From Mobula hypostoma (lineage: Eukaryota), in NCBI RefSeq assembly GCF_963921235.1, contig NC_086109.1, forward strand, positions 37,760,001 through 37,824,000: a DNA stretch of 64,000 nt. The letters are read 5' to 3'. The translations under genes and the position numbers were made by a program. Positions 63,151-64,000 of the stretch are shown piece after piece (positions within the stretch are counted from its first letter, which is position 1; the number at the start of each line of letters is the position of its first letter). The notes under the pieces were generated by a model, which saw nothing but the letters and a program-made list of their open reading frames with translations, made no database searches and was not told where the DNA came from.

Positions 63151-64000
63151 GGTGAGTATGAAACATAAATTTTATAAGGAATCCTTCTCCAGATTTTCTT
63201 TACAGATTAGTCTTTAACACAATAATCAATGCAAGAAGTTTGACCTTTTCCAGGTTTCTCAATAATTGAGACATTTTTCATTGTTTTGAAAAAAGGTGGC
63301 TGATATTGCAATGCGTTGAGTGCCCAAATGTTTCATTTCAGTCCTCAGCTTAAGAAACAAGCAAACACTATAGGTTGTACTAGAGATTTAGAACATACAA
63401 TGAAAGACTCAGGCCTTTAAATTACACTACATAGCTGAACATTTAGATAGATTCTGTCATACAAAAGTAATAGAAAAAGATTTGCAAAGGAAATCTTAAT
63501 ATGAAGTTCATAATGTCTATAATCTTCCTTTCATATGCTCCATGCATCAGGAGTCCTTGGCATGAACGGTGGCATTTAATAAAGCACAAAGCACACCTGA
63601 ATATTAACACCATGCCTTTGGGTGATGGCCACACCTACAGAAGCACAACTTCACACTGCCTTGGGCTCCTTCATTATTACTTAACTTGAGCAGGAACCCA
63701 TCCTTTTCATTGGATGCCCATCTCAGCTTAGTCTTCTTTAAGTCATTAATTACCCATCACCAGGTTTACTGTCAAGCCACATGTCAATGATTATATTCCT
63801 TATACCCTTTGAATTGAACCTCCTCCGTCCTCTGTCATAAGCCCCACAATCACCAGCTTACCTATCTGGATCTCCACCAATCTTAAGATTCAACAATCAG
63901 TACTTTAGTTATTGATCTTCACCCTTTCATCCACCCACCAAATCCTGATTGATGCCTAACCCTCACCTCCCTCATTCTACTCCTGTTCGGAAAGGCAGAC

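Noticed and set aside
52512..64000. lgr6 exon 2 (DLSMNN-type LRR)
   Set aside because: No 72-bp AG/GT-bounded LRR exon was found by eye. It presumably lies beyond the right edge.
63600..64000. Possible very old Penelope RT remnant
   Set aside because: Similarity is too weak to call without alignment.

Overview
Repeat-rich vertebrate genomic DNA, probably from a cartilaginous fish (inferred from the CR1/Rex1/V-SINE/Penelope repeat content). The window lies inside a minus-strand gene. Two 72-bp leucine-rich-repeat exons missed by the ORF track (52440-52511 and 30689-30760, both with canonical AG/GT ends) match the third and fourth coding exons of LGR6. The rest is intronic. It contains a young L1 with an intact ORF1 and an ORF2 open to the window edge, many CR1 and Rex1/Babar LINE fragments, and a 5'-truncated Penelope-like element (RT + GIY-YIG) plus more than a dozen copies of its terminal repeat. 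It also contains V-SINEs, RTE-related SINEs, hAT and Tc1-type MITEs, a solo LTR and an internally deleted Gypsy element. The most notable non-coding signal is that the Penelope terminal repeats carry a minimal type I hammerhead ribozyme motif. Some of these repeats form near-perfect fold-back hairpins with target-site duplications, and some lie in the sense orientation of the lgr6 pre-mRNA. All family assignments come from recalled motifs; no database search was run.
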